From contig DATHCK010000193.1 of assembly GCA_035319545.1 (NCBI GenBank), positions 1 through 44,954 on the forward strand: a DNA stretch of 44,954 bases, given 5' to 3'. Both the position numbers and the translations under genes were made by a program. Under the pieces are notes generated by a model that saw nothing but the letters and a program-made list of their open reading frames with translations, did no database searches and had not been told where the DNA came from. Shown here piece by piece: positions 18,320-27,419 of the stretch (the first letter of the stretch is position 1; each line of letters begins with the position of its first letter). The DNA is from Stellaceae bacterium (lineage in GTDB: Bacteria; Pseudomonadota; Alphaproteobacteria; ATCC43930; CGMCC-115725).

Positions 18320-18526
18320 CGCACATCCTTTTTGCTGGTGGGCTCTTGGCCGGGGGGAGCCCGCGCGGCGTCGTCGCCGGCCGGCCCGGTTGTTGCGACA
18401 GTAGAGCAAATCCGGCTACCGCGGAAACGTTCAAGGCTGCGTTGCGACGGATGCGCTGGGTTAGCGGCAACGCAAGCGGGCAAGCTTGCGTATAATTTTC
18501 AACGCTGAAAAGCGACCGAGGGGTGC

Positions 18527-19906
18527 ATGGACGGGATGGTGCTCGACAACGGCCTTGAAGCGGCGCCCGACCGCGCCGGCCCGGCCGCGCTGTCGCCGCT
18601 TTCCGAACCGCCGAGCCAATTGGCGCCCTTGCCGGCGCCTCTGAAAGTCGGCGTGCTCGTCGATCTGACCTTGACCCCGGATGCCGGCGGCCACGTCAAA
18701 TGCTGGGAGCGCATCGCCGAGGCCGCCGTGGAATTTCCCGAGCGGATCGACCTGACGGTGCATTTCAACAGCCCGGATCGCTCTGCGCCGCTCAGCCGGA
18801 TAGAGCTCTCGCCCTCGGTGCGCTACGTTCTGATGCCGCCGGTGTTCAGCACCAGCCGATTGCTGCGCCAAGTCCCCGACCATACCGATCTTGGCCTGTG
18901 GCACCCTCGTCTCGCGCGCATGCTGCCGAATTATGATGTGATCCACACCACCGATGCGTTCTTCTGCTACGCGCGCACCGCGACGCGATTTGCGCGCAAG
19001 GGCGGCGTTCCGGTGGTCAGCTCGATCCACACGAACACTCCCGAGTATGCGCGGATCACGGTCGACAACCTGCTTCGGAACGCCTTCGGCGAGGGTGTTG
19101 TCTATCGCCTGACGAGCCGGCGCCTAGGCTTGCCCCGCCGCGTCAGTCGCGTCCTCGAACGGCGGCTGCACCGGCATCTTGGCCAAGTCACGCTGGCGAT
19201 GGCGAGCTATGCCGGCGACAAGTCCGGCGATTGGCATTGCGGCGTGTCGCTGCGCCGGGGCTTCGACCGCGCGCGGTTTAGCCCGCGCCATCGCGATCGC
19301 GGCTGGCTGGAGGAGCGCTTCGGCGTGCCTGCGGGTCACTTTGTCGTGATCTACGCGGGCAAGCTCAACAGCGGGAAGAACGTGCCGCTGTTGGGTCCGG
19401 CGATCGAGCTCGCGCTCCGGATGACCGCGCAAGCCGGCGCTCCGCCGATCCACCTGTTCTGCGCCGGCAAGGGCGACGAGCGCGATGCGCTGGCGGCGCG
19501 GCTGGGGGACGCGGTGACCTTGCCGGGCGTGGTGTCGCAAGAAGAACTGGCGCGGGCCTATGCCTCGGCCGATCTTTTCGCCTTTCCATCGATGATCGAC
19601 GAGGCCGGCAACGTCGGTGTCGAGGCTTTGGCGTCAGGCCTGCCGGCGCTGTTCGCTGCAGGGAGTGGTGTCGCGTCGCGCATGGCGGATTGCGCCGCGG
19701 TGCAGGTGCTGCCGGGAGATGCGCCGGAGCGCTGGGCGGCGGCGATCGCCGCGCTGGCGGCGGCGCCGAGGCGCTGCCGCGAACTCGGCGCGCTGGGCCG
19801 CGCCTATATCGATGCGAAGGTGCCGAGCTGGGGTCAGGTCGTCGTCGAAGACCTGTTGCCGGTGTGGCAGCAGGCCGCGGCGGCGCGATGGACGAGCAGA
19901 GGCTAA
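18527..19906 (+). CDS. GT4-family (GT-B) glycosyltransferase
   Basis: C-terminal GT-B retaining-transferase signature (YASADLFAFPSMIDEAGNVGVEALASGLPAL) and an N-terminal Rossmann start LKVGVLVDL. The exact start is uncertain. Confidence 0.8.
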   Translation: MDGMVLDNGLEAAPDRAGPAALSPLSEPPSQLAPLPAPLKVGVLVDLTLTPDAGGHVKCWERIAEAAVEFPERIDLTVHFNSPDRSAPLSRIELSPSVRYVLMPPVFSTSRLLRQVPDHTDLGLWHPRLARMLPNYDVIHTTDAFFCYARTATRFARKGGVPVVSSIHTNTPEYARITVDNLLRNAFGEGVVYRLTSRRLGLPRRVSRVLERRLHRHLGQVTLAMASYAGDKSGDWHCGVSLRRGFDRARFSPRHRDRGWLEERFGVPAGHFVVIYAGKLNSGKNVPLLGPAIELALRMTAQAGAPPIHLFCAGKGDERDALAARLGDAVTLPGVVSQEELARAYASADLFAFPSMIDEAGNVGVEALASGLPALFAAGSGVASRMADCAAVQVLPGDAPERWAAAIAALAAAPRRCRELGALGRAYIDAKVPSWGQVVVEDLLPVWQQAAAARWTSRG

Positions 19907-20706
19907 CGTCGCCGGCGGTGCGGCGGATCCTGATCCTGGCGCCGCATCCCGACGATGAGATCGTCGCTTGCGGCATCGCCGCCCACCGCGCCCGGTCCGC
20001 GGGCGCGCAGATCTTCGTGCAATACCTCAGCACCGGTGTCCCGCCACCCGAGCTGCAGTGGCGATGGCGGCGCGGCGGCTACGAGGCGAGGGCCGCGCGC
20101 CGGCGTGAAGAAGCCCTGGCGGCGGCGATGATGCTGCGGGCGCGGCCGGTCGGGTTTTTTGACATTCCCTCGCGCCGGCTGGTCGCGCATCTCGACGAGG
20201 CGGCGCAAGCGCTCGACCGGGCGCTCCGCGAGACGCGCGCGACCGAGCTTTGGGTCACCGCGTTCGAGGGCGCGCACCAGGATCACGACACCGCCAACGC
20301 GCTCGCCGCCAGCGTGCGCGACCGGCTGCCAGTTTGGGAATTCGCCGCCTATAATTTTGTCGGCGGGCGGGTGTGGTCGAACCGTTTTCCCGACGCACGC
20401 GGCGGGGTCGTAGAGCTACGGCTCAGCCGCGAGGAGACGGCACTGAAGCGCCGCGCCCTGACGCTCTACCGCTCGGAGCGCGGCAACCTCGCGCATATCC
20501 GGGTCGAGGAGGAAGCCTATCGCCCGCTGCCACGTCACGATTACAGCGCGCCGCCGCATGCCGGCACGCTGTTTCGCGAACGTTTCCAATGGGTGCGGTT
20601 GCGTCATCCGCGGATCGATTTCACGCCCTCGGCCGAGATCTACGCGGCGCTCGGGAAATGGAGCGCCACGGCAAGGCTTGACACGAGTGCCGCGGCCGTC
20701 GGGTGA
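19888..20706 (+). CDS. PIG-L / LmbE-family N-acetylglucosaminyl deacetylase
   Basis: ILILAPHPDDEIVACG and AHQDHD zinc-ligand motifs of the LmbE/PIG-L family. The start at ATG 19888 overlaps the GT4 gene by 19 nt. Confidence 0.8.
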   Translation: MDEQRLTSPAVRRILILAPHPDDEIVACGIAAHRARSAGAQIFVQYLSTGVPPPELQWRWRRGGYEARAARRREEALAAAMMLRARPVGFFDIPSRRLVAHLDEAAQALDRALRETRATELWVTAFEGAHQDHDTANALAASVRDRLPVWEFAAYNFVGGRVWSNRFPDARGGVVELRLSREETALKRRALTLYRSERGNLAHIRVEEEAYRPLPRHDYSAPPHAGTLFRERFQWVRLRHPRIDFTPSAEIYAALGKWSATARLDTSAAAVG

Positions 20707-20734
20707 TGGCGGGCACAGTTGCGCGAGGCAGCGC

Positions 20735-21772
20735 GTGAAGTTCAGCACATTTCTCTTTCCCGACAGCCGCGATCCCGCCGAGGACGGCCAGGTCATCGAC
20801 GAGACGGTCCGCGAGGCGGTGCTCGCCGATCGGCTCGGTGCCGATATCGTCTGGCTCGCCGAGCACCATTTCGACGGCATCTCGGTCTATGCCGACCCGA
20901 TGGTGCTGGCGGGGGCGCTGGCGGCTTCGGTGCGGCGGGCTGGGCTCGGCTTCGCGGTGATCCAGACCGCCTTGCACCATCCGGTCCGCCTCGCCGAGCA
21001 GATGGCGCTGCTCGACCATTTGATGAAAGGCCGGCTGATCGTCGGGCTCGGTCGCGGCAGCTCGTTCAACATCTACGACTATCAGGGCTTCGGCATCGAC
21101 CATCACGAGGCGCAGGCGCGGCTCGACGAGGCCGAGGCGATCATGGTCAAGGCCTGGAGCGGTGACGAATTCGAGCACGCCGGCCGGTTCTGGCAGGTGC
21201 AGGTCCCGATGCTGCGCCCGCTGCCGTATACGCGGCCGCACCCGCCGGTGATCCGTGGCTCATCGACCGACGGGTCGCTGGTCGAGTTGGCGCGCGAGGG
21301 CAAGCCGTTCATGATGAACGTGCAGTCGCTGGAAACGACAACTCGCCGCGTCGATCTGTACCGGCAAACGATGCGCGACGAGGGATTTGGCGAGGAGCGC
21401 ATCGCCGCGAACCTCGAGGCGAGCTGGGCATGGCGCAATTTCTATGTCGCGAAGGATGACGAGACGGCCGAGCGCGTCGGCATTCCCGCCTTCGAGACGA
21501 TGACCCGCGCCCGCGCCGAGATGCGCGACCGCTATGCCGCGATGGGGCAGCGCATCGTGCCGGTGGACGCACTGCCCGGTGCCCGCAGGGCCCGCGGCGA
21601 GGGGCTGATCCACGGCGCGCCGTCGCGGGTCGCCGAGGACGTCGCGGCGATCGACCGGCTCGGGATCGGCGGCATTATCGGTACGTTTCGCCTCGGGCCG
21701 ATGCCGCACGAGGTCGCAGCCGAAAGCCTCACGCTGTTCCTGGAAAAGGTCGCGCCGCAGTTCCGCGGCTAG
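20735..21772 (+). CDS. LLM-class (luciferase-like) flavin-dependent oxidoreductase, copy 1
   Basis: VKFSTFLFP...DIVWLAEHHFDGISVYADP...GRLIVGLGRG is luciferase-like monooxygenase family. GTG start at 20735, in frame inside the longer track ORF. Confidence 0.85.
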   Translation: MKFSTFLFPDSRDPAEDGQVIDETVREAVLADRLGADIVWLAEHHFDGISVYADPMVLAGALAASVRRAGLGFAVIQTALHHPVRLAEQMALLDHLMKGRLIVGLGRGSSFNIYDYQGFGIDHHEAQARLDEAEAIMVKAWSGDEFEHAGRFWQVQVPMLRPLPYTRPHPPVIRGSSTDGSLVELAREGKPFMMNVQSLETTTRRVDLYRQTMRDEGFGEERIAANLEASWAWRNFYVAKDDETAERVGIPAFETMTRARAEMRDRYAAMGQRIVPVDALPGARRARGEGLIHGAPSRVAEDVAAIDRLGIGGIIGTFRLGPMPHEVAAESLTLFLEKVAPQFRG

Positions 21773-21948
21773 TGTTCTTCGCTGCCCTGGCTGGCGATGC
21801 GTTCCTGTTCAGCCAGCAGCTCGTCCTCGGCCAGCCGCGAGAACAGCGCCCTGCGCCGCTCGCACATCTGATGGATTTTGCGCTCGATGCCGCCGGGGAA
21901 GGGATCGAGCACATACTCACGGGCGAGCGGCTCGTCGATCTGGCTCAT
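21769..21948 (-). CDS. Hypothetical small protein (59 aa; may extend upstream to a GTG near 22078)
   Basis: MSQIDEPLAREYVLDPFPGGIERKIHQMCERRRALFSRLAEDELLAEQERIASQGSEEH has coding-like GC3 by eye. No family recognised. Confidence 0.4.
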   Translation of the reverse strand: MSQIDEPLAREYVLDPFPGGIERKIHQMCERRRALFSRLAEDELLAEQERIASQGSEEH

Positions 21949-22385
21949 CCGAGCGCCGATGCGCTCGAGCAGCAACTGCACTTCGCTGAGCGGGATATAG
22001 CCTAGTTGCAGCAATGCTCGACTTAGTTGGGCGGCCAACTTGCGTTTCCTTGCCACTTGCCGTTGTGGCGTTCGGGACACCCCCTTATCGCGCAAAGTCG
22101 TTAACGCCAGACAAACGCGAGGCCGCCGCCACCGGTTTCGCGACGTTCGTCTCGCTTCGTAAGTAAGGCTTGATCGCACGCGGCCGAGCGGCACCGATCG
22201 GGCCGATTTATCTTCAGACGCGGGTGCGAATCGCGGCTTCGCGGGTGTGCTCGTTCGCCGCACGCCGTTGCGAGCTAAGTGAGGGTTCTGACTGACAGAA
22301 TCCGAAAGGAAAATGGCCGTCTTGACCCGGTGGCATGATGGGGTGCACAGCCGTGGCGAGACAAACGAGGGGCGGGTGCCGGGAG

Positions 22386-22799
22386 ATGGCCGAGCTGTTC
22401 GGATGGGGAGAGGAAATGGCCGGCGCGGTCGACTGCGTCGGCTTCGAGAGCGAGCCCGCCACCGACCCGAAAGCCGCCGAAAGCGAAGGCGTGCGGGCCG
22501 AGAAAGCCCCGGCGCCGGCAACATCGCGGCCTCGACGCCGTACCAAGGCGCGCGCCGCCCAAGCGTCTGCGGAGCGGGTCGACCTGTTCGCGCCGAAAGC
22601 TGTTTTGCCGCTGCCCGTCCAGCGCCGTGTCCCGCCGCTGTCGCCCGATCTCGAAGGGCGGATCAACGCTTATTACGCGCCGCGCGACGGGTTCGTCGCG
22701 ATCCTACCGGACCGTGAGCGCCGCGCGGCCGAGAAGCGGGCGCAACCGAGGCGGCTTGCCAGGCTCGGGCATTTCTTCACCGCGCTGGTCGGCGCGTGA
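22386..22799 (+). CDS. Hypothetical protein, probably disordered (Ala/Pro/Arg-rich)
   Basis: The frame has consistently G/C third positions by eye (MAELFGWGEEMAGAVDCVGFESEP...INAYYAPRDGFVAILPDRERR). The start is uncertain (alternative 22335). No family recognised. Confidence 0.4.
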   Translation: MAELFGWGEEMAGAVDCVGFESEPATDPKAAESEGVRAEKAPAPATSRPRRRTKARAAQASAERVDLFAPKAVLPLPVQRRVPPLSPDLEGRINAYYAPRDGFVAILPDRERRAAEKRAQPRRLARLGHFFTALVGA

Positions 22800-22907
22800 C
22801 GCCGCGCCGCGCGGCGTTGTCGCAGCGAGGGAGTGGCCTTCGGTTTGCACTCGACCTTGCCAAGGCGGCTTCCTACATGAGCGTTACAAGCTCGGTGGAG
22901 TAGATTG

Positions 22908-23930
22908 ATGAAATTCGGACTTTTTGGCGGGGCGCGCGCACGTGGCGGGCCGGCCGGCGACAGCGACGGCTATCACGACTTCATCAACTACGTCGTCGAG
23001 GCCGAGCGGCTCGGGTTTTCGAGCGTGTTTCTCGTCGAGCACCATTTCACCGGGTTCGGCCAAGTCTCCGCTTCGCTCAATCTGCTGAGCTATCTCGCGG
23101 CGCGCACCGAGCGCATTCGCCTTGGCACCGCGGTCGTCGTGCTGCCGTGGCACAACCCGATCCTCGTCGCCGAGCAGGCGGCGACGCTCGACCTGTTGTC
23201 CAACGGCCGGCTCGATCTCGGCGTCGGCAAAGGCTATCGCGCTTACGAATTCTCCGGGTTCTGCGTGCCGCAGGACGAGGCGACGGAGCGCTTCGACGAA
23301 GCGATGGAGGTCATTCGCCTGTCGTGGCAGTCGGGCGGCGAGCGGTTTTCCTATAAGGGCAAGTGGCACTCTTACGACAATGTCGTTGTCGAGCCGAGCC
23401 CGATCCAGCAGCCGCACCCGCCATTCTGGCTTGGCGCCGGCAGCGCTGAGTCGATCGGTCGCGCGGCGCGCGAGGGGTACAATCTGCTGCTCGACCAGAT
23501 CGCGCCAACCGACATCATCATCGACCGGGTCAAGACCTTCCGTGAGGAATGCAAGGCTTGCGGCCGCGCCTATGACCCGATGATGGTGGGGGTGACTCGC
23601 GGGTTGCAGATCATCCGCAAGGAATCCGAGCGCAAACAGGCGATCCGCACGCGTCGCGAGGTGCTGAAGAACATTGGTGATTTGGCGCGCGGCCCCGGCG
23701 CCGAGCGCTACCACCAGATCAAGGACGACGAGGACGCGTTTGTGCTCGACGACGCGCCGCTCCTCGGCACGCCGGAGGAAATCGTCGCTCAGCTGAAGCG
23801 GCTCGAAGCCGGCGGTATCGAGAACGTGCTGTTCGCCGCGCCAGGCGCCTCGGTCGCGCATCTTCGCACCTTCGCCGAGGAGATCATGCCGGCCCTTGGC
23901 GGTGATCCGATGGGCCTCGCGCAGGTGTAA
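22908..23930 (+). CDS. LLM-class flavin-dependent oxidoreductase, copy 2
   Basis: MKFGLFGG...SVFLVEHHFTGFGQVS...GRLDLGVGKGY. SD GGTGGAG lies 7 nt upstream of ATG 22908. Confidence 0.88.
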   Translation: MKFGLFGGARARGGPAGDSDGYHDFINYVVEAERLGFSSVFLVEHHFTGFGQVSASLNLLSYLAARTERIRLGTAVVVLPWHNPILVAEQAATLDLLSNGRLDLGVGKGYRAYEFSGFCVPQDEATERFDEAMEVIRLSWQSGGERFSYKGKWHSYDNVVVEPSPIQQPHPPFWLGAGSAESIGRAAREGYNLLLDQIAPTDIIIDRVKTFREECKACGRAYDPMMVGVTRGLQIIRKESERKQAIRTRREVLKNIGDLARGPGAERYHQIKDDEDAFVLDDAPLLGTPEEIVAQLKRLEAGGIENVLFAAPGASVAHLRTFAEEIMPALGGDPMGLAQV

Positions 23931-23931
23931 C

Positions 23932-23995
23932 CCCGCCGCTGTCATTCCTGCTTTCGCGCGTTAAACTCGCGCCCCGGAATGACAAGAGCGGCGGG
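23932..23995. repeat. Palindromic element GTCATTCC...GGAATGAC with flanking arms CCCGCCGCT/AGCGGCGGG, between the LLM and SDR genes
   Basis: 23941-23948 and 23976-23983, and 23932-23940 and 23987-23995, are exact reverse complements. The termini match the 4255-4375 element. Confidence 0.7.
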
Positions 23996-24003
23996 AGGGA
24001 ACG

Positions 24004-24858
24004 ATGCCCAATGATCGCGAGAACCGGGTGGCGCTGGTGACCGGCGGGTTGCGCGGCCTCGGCAAGGCGATGGCGCTCGGGCTGGCGCGCGAAGGGCACC
24101 CGGTCGTCGCGGTCGGTCATATCGAAGGCGATGTCGCCGAGATGGAGGTCGAGGCCGAGAAGCTGCAAGTCAGTCGGCGCTTCCAGCCGCTCGTCGCCGA
24201 TCTGCGGGAAGCCAGCGAATGCGACCGGGTAGTCGCGGCGACGGGCGAGCGCTTTGGCAAGGTGGATATCCTCGTCAACAGCGCCGGCCTCACCTTCACC
24301 TATATCGACCCGGCGCGGTTCCGTCGTGACAGCCTGCAGCGCTTCTGGCAGGTCAGCGATGAGATCATCGACAATGTCATCACCACCAACTACCTCGCCG
24401 CCGACCGGCTGGCGCGCCGCGTCGCGCCAGCGATGATCGAGCGCGGATGGGGCCGCATCGTCAACGTCACCACCAAGCTCGACACGATGAACCGCATCGG
24501 CACGCACCCTTATGGCGCATCAAAAGCCGCTCTCGAAATGGCGACGGAAGTGTGGGCCAAGGACGCGGAGGGGACGGGGATGACAGTCAACATCGTCAAC
24601 CCCGGTGCTGGCGCCAACACGCCCGGCATGGCGGTGGAAGCGCGCGCGCTGGCCGAGGCCGGCAAGATGGCGCGCCTCGTCGAGCCCGAGGAAATGGTCG
24701 GGCCGATGAACTTTGTCGCCTCACGCGAGGCCGACGCGGTCAATGGTTGGCGGTTTGACGCTAATCTGTGGAACCCGGCGCTCCCCGCCCGCGAAGCCGC
24801 CTGGCTCGCCGGCCGGCCGGCCGGATTTGTCTTTCACCCGCACCGGGATTTGCCGTGA
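24004..24858 (+). CDS. SDR-family oxidoreductase
   Basis: VALVTGGLRGLGKA (TGxxxGxG), NSAG, and catalytic YGASKAAL (YxxxK). Confidence 0.88.
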   Translation: MPNDRENRVALVTGGLRGLGKAMALGLAREGHPVVAVGHIEGDVAEMEVEAEKLQVSRRFQPLVADLREASECDRVVAATGERFGKVDILVNSAGLTFTYIDPARFRRDSLQRFWQVSDEIIDNVITTNYLAADRLARRVAPAMIERGWGRIVNVTTKLDTMNRIGTHPYGASKAALEMATEVWAKDAEGTGMTVNIVNPGAGANTPGMAVEARALAEAGKMARLVEPEEMVGPMNFVASREADAVNGWRFDANLWNPALPAREAAWLAGRPAGFVFHPHRDLP

Positions 24859-26879
24859 CCGACGGCGAAGACCCGTTCCTCTGGCTCGAAGACGTCGAGG
24901 GCGAGAAGGCGCTCGACTGGGTGCGCGGGCAGAATGCGCGCACCATCGAACGGCTTGAGGCCGACCCGCGCTACCAGGCGCTTTACGAGACGACGCTGGC
25001 GATCCTCACCGCCGAGGATCGCATCCCCTACCCGATGTTCTTGGGGCGGGGGGTCAGTAATTTCTGGCAGGACGGCACCCATGTGCGCGGCCTGTCGCGG
25101 CGCACCACGCTCGCCTCCTACCGCGGCGCCGAGCCTCAATGGGAGACCATTCTCGATTTTGATGCGCTCGCTGCCGCCGAGGGGCGCAACTGGGTCAACG
25201 CCGGTGCCTCGATCCTGCCGCCCGAGGATCGGCATTGCATGCTCGCCCTGTCGGACGGCGGCAAGGACGCGGTGACCCTGCGCGAGTTCGACATCGTCGC
25301 GCGGCAATTCGTCGACACCGGCTTCGCGCTTCCCGAAGGCAAGCAGTCCGCGACCTGGCTCGATGCAGACACGCTCTTCGTCGCGCGCGACTGGGGGCCG
25401 GGCACGATGACGGCGTCGGGCTACCCCTACATTGTCAAGCGCTGGCGCCGCGCCGCGTCGCTCGACAGCGCCGAGGAGATTTTCCGCGGCACACAAGACG
25501 ACGTCAGCGTCCGCGTTGGCGTGCTGCGCGATCCTGACGGCACGGTGCGCGGCATCGTCGCGACGCGTGCGATTGATTTCTATATCAGCGAGCGGTTTCT
25601 CCTGACCGGGTCCGGCGCGCTCAAGCTCCCGCTCCCCGGCAAAGCGAGCCTGCAGGCATTTGTTTCCGGCCAGATGGTCTTTACCCTCGAGGAGGCCTGG
25701 CGCGGTTTCCCCGCGGGCGCCCTCGTCTCGCTCGATCTGCAGCAATGCCTCACCGACATCGCCACCGCGCGCCCGCTGCTGATCTACGCCCCGGGCCCGC
25801 GCGAGACCATTGAGGGTGTCGCCGCCAGCGCGTCGCGCCTGCTGGTCGCGGTCTACCGCAATGTGCGCGGCAGCGCGGTCGTCTACCGCTTCGACGCCGG
25901 CGCCTGGCGCGCCACGCCGCTGCCGCTTCCCGACAACGCCTCGGTGCAACTCGTCACCACCAGCGACGGCGACGACACCGCCTTTCTCGACATCGCCAGC
26001 TACCTCCTGCCCAACACGCTCTATTTCGCCGATCTCGCCGCCGCTACGGCCGAGCCGGTCAAGGCGATGCCGGCGCGGTTCGATGCATCAAAGGCCGTGG
26101 TCGAGCAGTTCGAGGCCATCTCCAAGGACGGCACCGCCATCCCCTATTTCGTCGTCCGTCCACGCGATCTCGCGTTCGACGGCAACGCGCCGACCCTGCT
26201 CTACGGTTATGGCGGGTTTCAGGTGTCGATGAACCCTGCCTATTCGGGCGGACTCGGCAAGATGTGGATCGAGCCGGGTGGCGTCCATGTCGTCGCCAAT
26301 ATCCGCGGCGGCGGCGAGTTCGGGCCCGAATGGCACCAGGCCGCGCTCAAGCAGCACCGGCAGCGCGCCTATGACGATTTTATCGCGGTCGCCGAAGATT
26401 TAATCGCCCGCAGGATCACCTCGCCCCGCCGGCTGGGGATCATGGGCGGGTCGAATGGCGGGCTGTTGATGGGGGCGATGCTGACCCAGCGTCCCGAGCT
26501 CTTCCGCGCCGTGGTGTGTCAGGTGCCGCTCCTCGATATGCTGCGCTACCACAAGCTCTTGGCCGGTGCGTCATGGATGGCGGAATACGGCGACCCGGAC
26601 AACCCGGCGGAACGGCCGTTTCTCGAACGCATCTCGCCCTATCACCATCTGCGCGCAGGCACGACCTATCCCGAAATCTTCTTTCTCACCTCGACCAAGG
26701 ACGACCGGGTACATCCCGGCCATGCGCGCAAGATGGCGGCAAAAATGGCTTCGATGGGCCTACCGTTCCTTTATTACGAGAATATCGACGGCGGCCACGC
26801 GGCCGCCGCCAACCTCGATGAGCGCGCGCGCCGCAACGCCCTCGAATTCACCTATCTCTTCGAAAAGCTGATGGATTGA
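24855..26879 (+). CDS. Prolyl oligopeptidase family (S9A) serine peptidase
   Basis: DPFLWLEDVEGEKALDWVRGQN N-terminus, a propeller region, catalytic GGSNGGLL, and a C-terminal DGGH. The GTG start overlaps the SDR stop (GTGA). Confidence 0.88.
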   Translation: MTDGEDPFLWLEDVEGEKALDWVRGQNARTIERLEADPRYQALYETTLAILTAEDRIPYPMFLGRGVSNFWQDGTHVRGLSRRTTLASYRGAEPQWETILDFDALAAAEGRNWVNAGASILPPEDRHCMLALSDGGKDAVTLREFDIVARQFVDTGFALPEGKQSATWLDADTLFVARDWGPGTMTASGYPYIVKRWRRAASLDSAEEIFRGTQDDVSVRVGVLRDPDGTVRGIVATRAIDFYISERFLLTGSGALKLPLPGKASLQAFVSGQMVFTLEEAWRGFPAGALVSLDLQQCLTDIATARPLLIYAPGPRETIEGVAASASRLLVAVYRNVRGSAVVYRFDAGAWRATPLPLPDNASVQLVTTSDGDDTAFLDIASYLLPNTLYFADLAAATAEPVKAMPARFDASKAVVEQFEAISKDGTAIPYFVVRPRDLAFDGNAPTLLYGYGGFQVSMNPAYSGGLGKMWIEPGGVHVVANIRGGGEFGPEWHQAALKQHRQRAYDDFIAVAEDLIARRITSPRRLGIMGGSNGGLLMGAMLTQRPELFRAVVCQVPLLDMLRYHKLLAGASWMAEYGDPDNPAERPFLERISPYHHLRAGTTYPEIFFLTSTKDDRVHPGHARKMAAKMASMGLPFLYYENIDGGHAAAANLDERARRNALEFTYLFEKLMD

Positions 26880-26933
26880 AAGAGGCGCCGCTCGGCCGCA
26901 AACCGAGGCGACGCCCTTCCAAATTCCGTCCCC

Positions 26934-27419
26934 TTAGGGGACTTGCGTGAGCGAAATCGCCGCGATGCCGGCGGCCACATTGAGGCCGGTATTGCCCTCG
27001 ATGCTGAGCGGCTGCAGCGCGATTTGGTTGCCCGAGCCGCCGATCAGAGCATTCGCGCCGAGGCCGACGCCCACCGTGGCGCTGGCGGTGCCTCCAGCGT
27101 AGCCGCCGTTGAGCGCACCTGGCATCAATGTCGCCTGCGGAGCGAACACGGTCCACACGATCACGCCACCCTGCGTGTAGCCGATGTCGGCGCCGAATTT
27201 CGTGATGTTGCCGGAGTAGTGTTCGGAATTGCCATTGGTCCCGGTGAAGGTGCAATTCAGCGAGCGCGACGAGCCGAAAATGAAACCCCAACCGCTCGAT
27301 ACATTGCAGCTCAACACGCCCGCAGCAATGCCCGGAGCCGCCGATGCCGGGGTCACCGCCGCGGCGCCTGCGACGATCGCCGCCGCCAAAGCCGCGGCCC
27401 GATATTTCTTCATCTTCAT
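26934..27419 (-). CDS. DUF992-family secreted protein
   Basis: Signal peptide MKMKKYRAAALAAAIVAGAAA, then GVLSCNVSSGWGFIFGSSRSLNCTF...FGADIGYT...ATVGVGLGANALIGGS..IALQPLS, typical of Rhizobiales DUF992 as I recall it. Confidence 0.75.
   Translation of the reverse strand: MKMKKYRAAALAAAIVAGAAAVTPASAAPGIAAGVLSCNVSSGWGFIFGSSRSLNCTFTGTNGNSEHYSGNITKFGADIGYTQGGVIVWTVFAPQATLMPGALNGGYAGGTASATVGVGLGANALIGGSGNQIALQPLSIEGNTGLNVAAGIAAISLTQVP

Noticed and set aside
18527-20706. Calling the GT4 + PIG-L pair bshA/bshB or mshA/mshB outright.
   Set aside because: Only the two-enzyme logic matches. There is no Cys ligase or acetyltransferase in the window, and no sequence-level evidence I can verify here, so gene symbols are withheld.
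22313-22717. 134-aa ORF with a good Shine-Dalgarno (AAAGGAAAATG).
   Set aside because: After about 25 codons the frame becomes Arg-rich with mixed third positions. The overlapping +1 frame looks more coding, so this is kept only as part of the finding on that region.
26928-26942. Perfect hairpin GTCCCC-TTA-GGGGAC.
   Set aside because: It is short, its loop is the DUF992 stop codon, and no T-tract follows. It is probably incidental or at most a minor terminator component.
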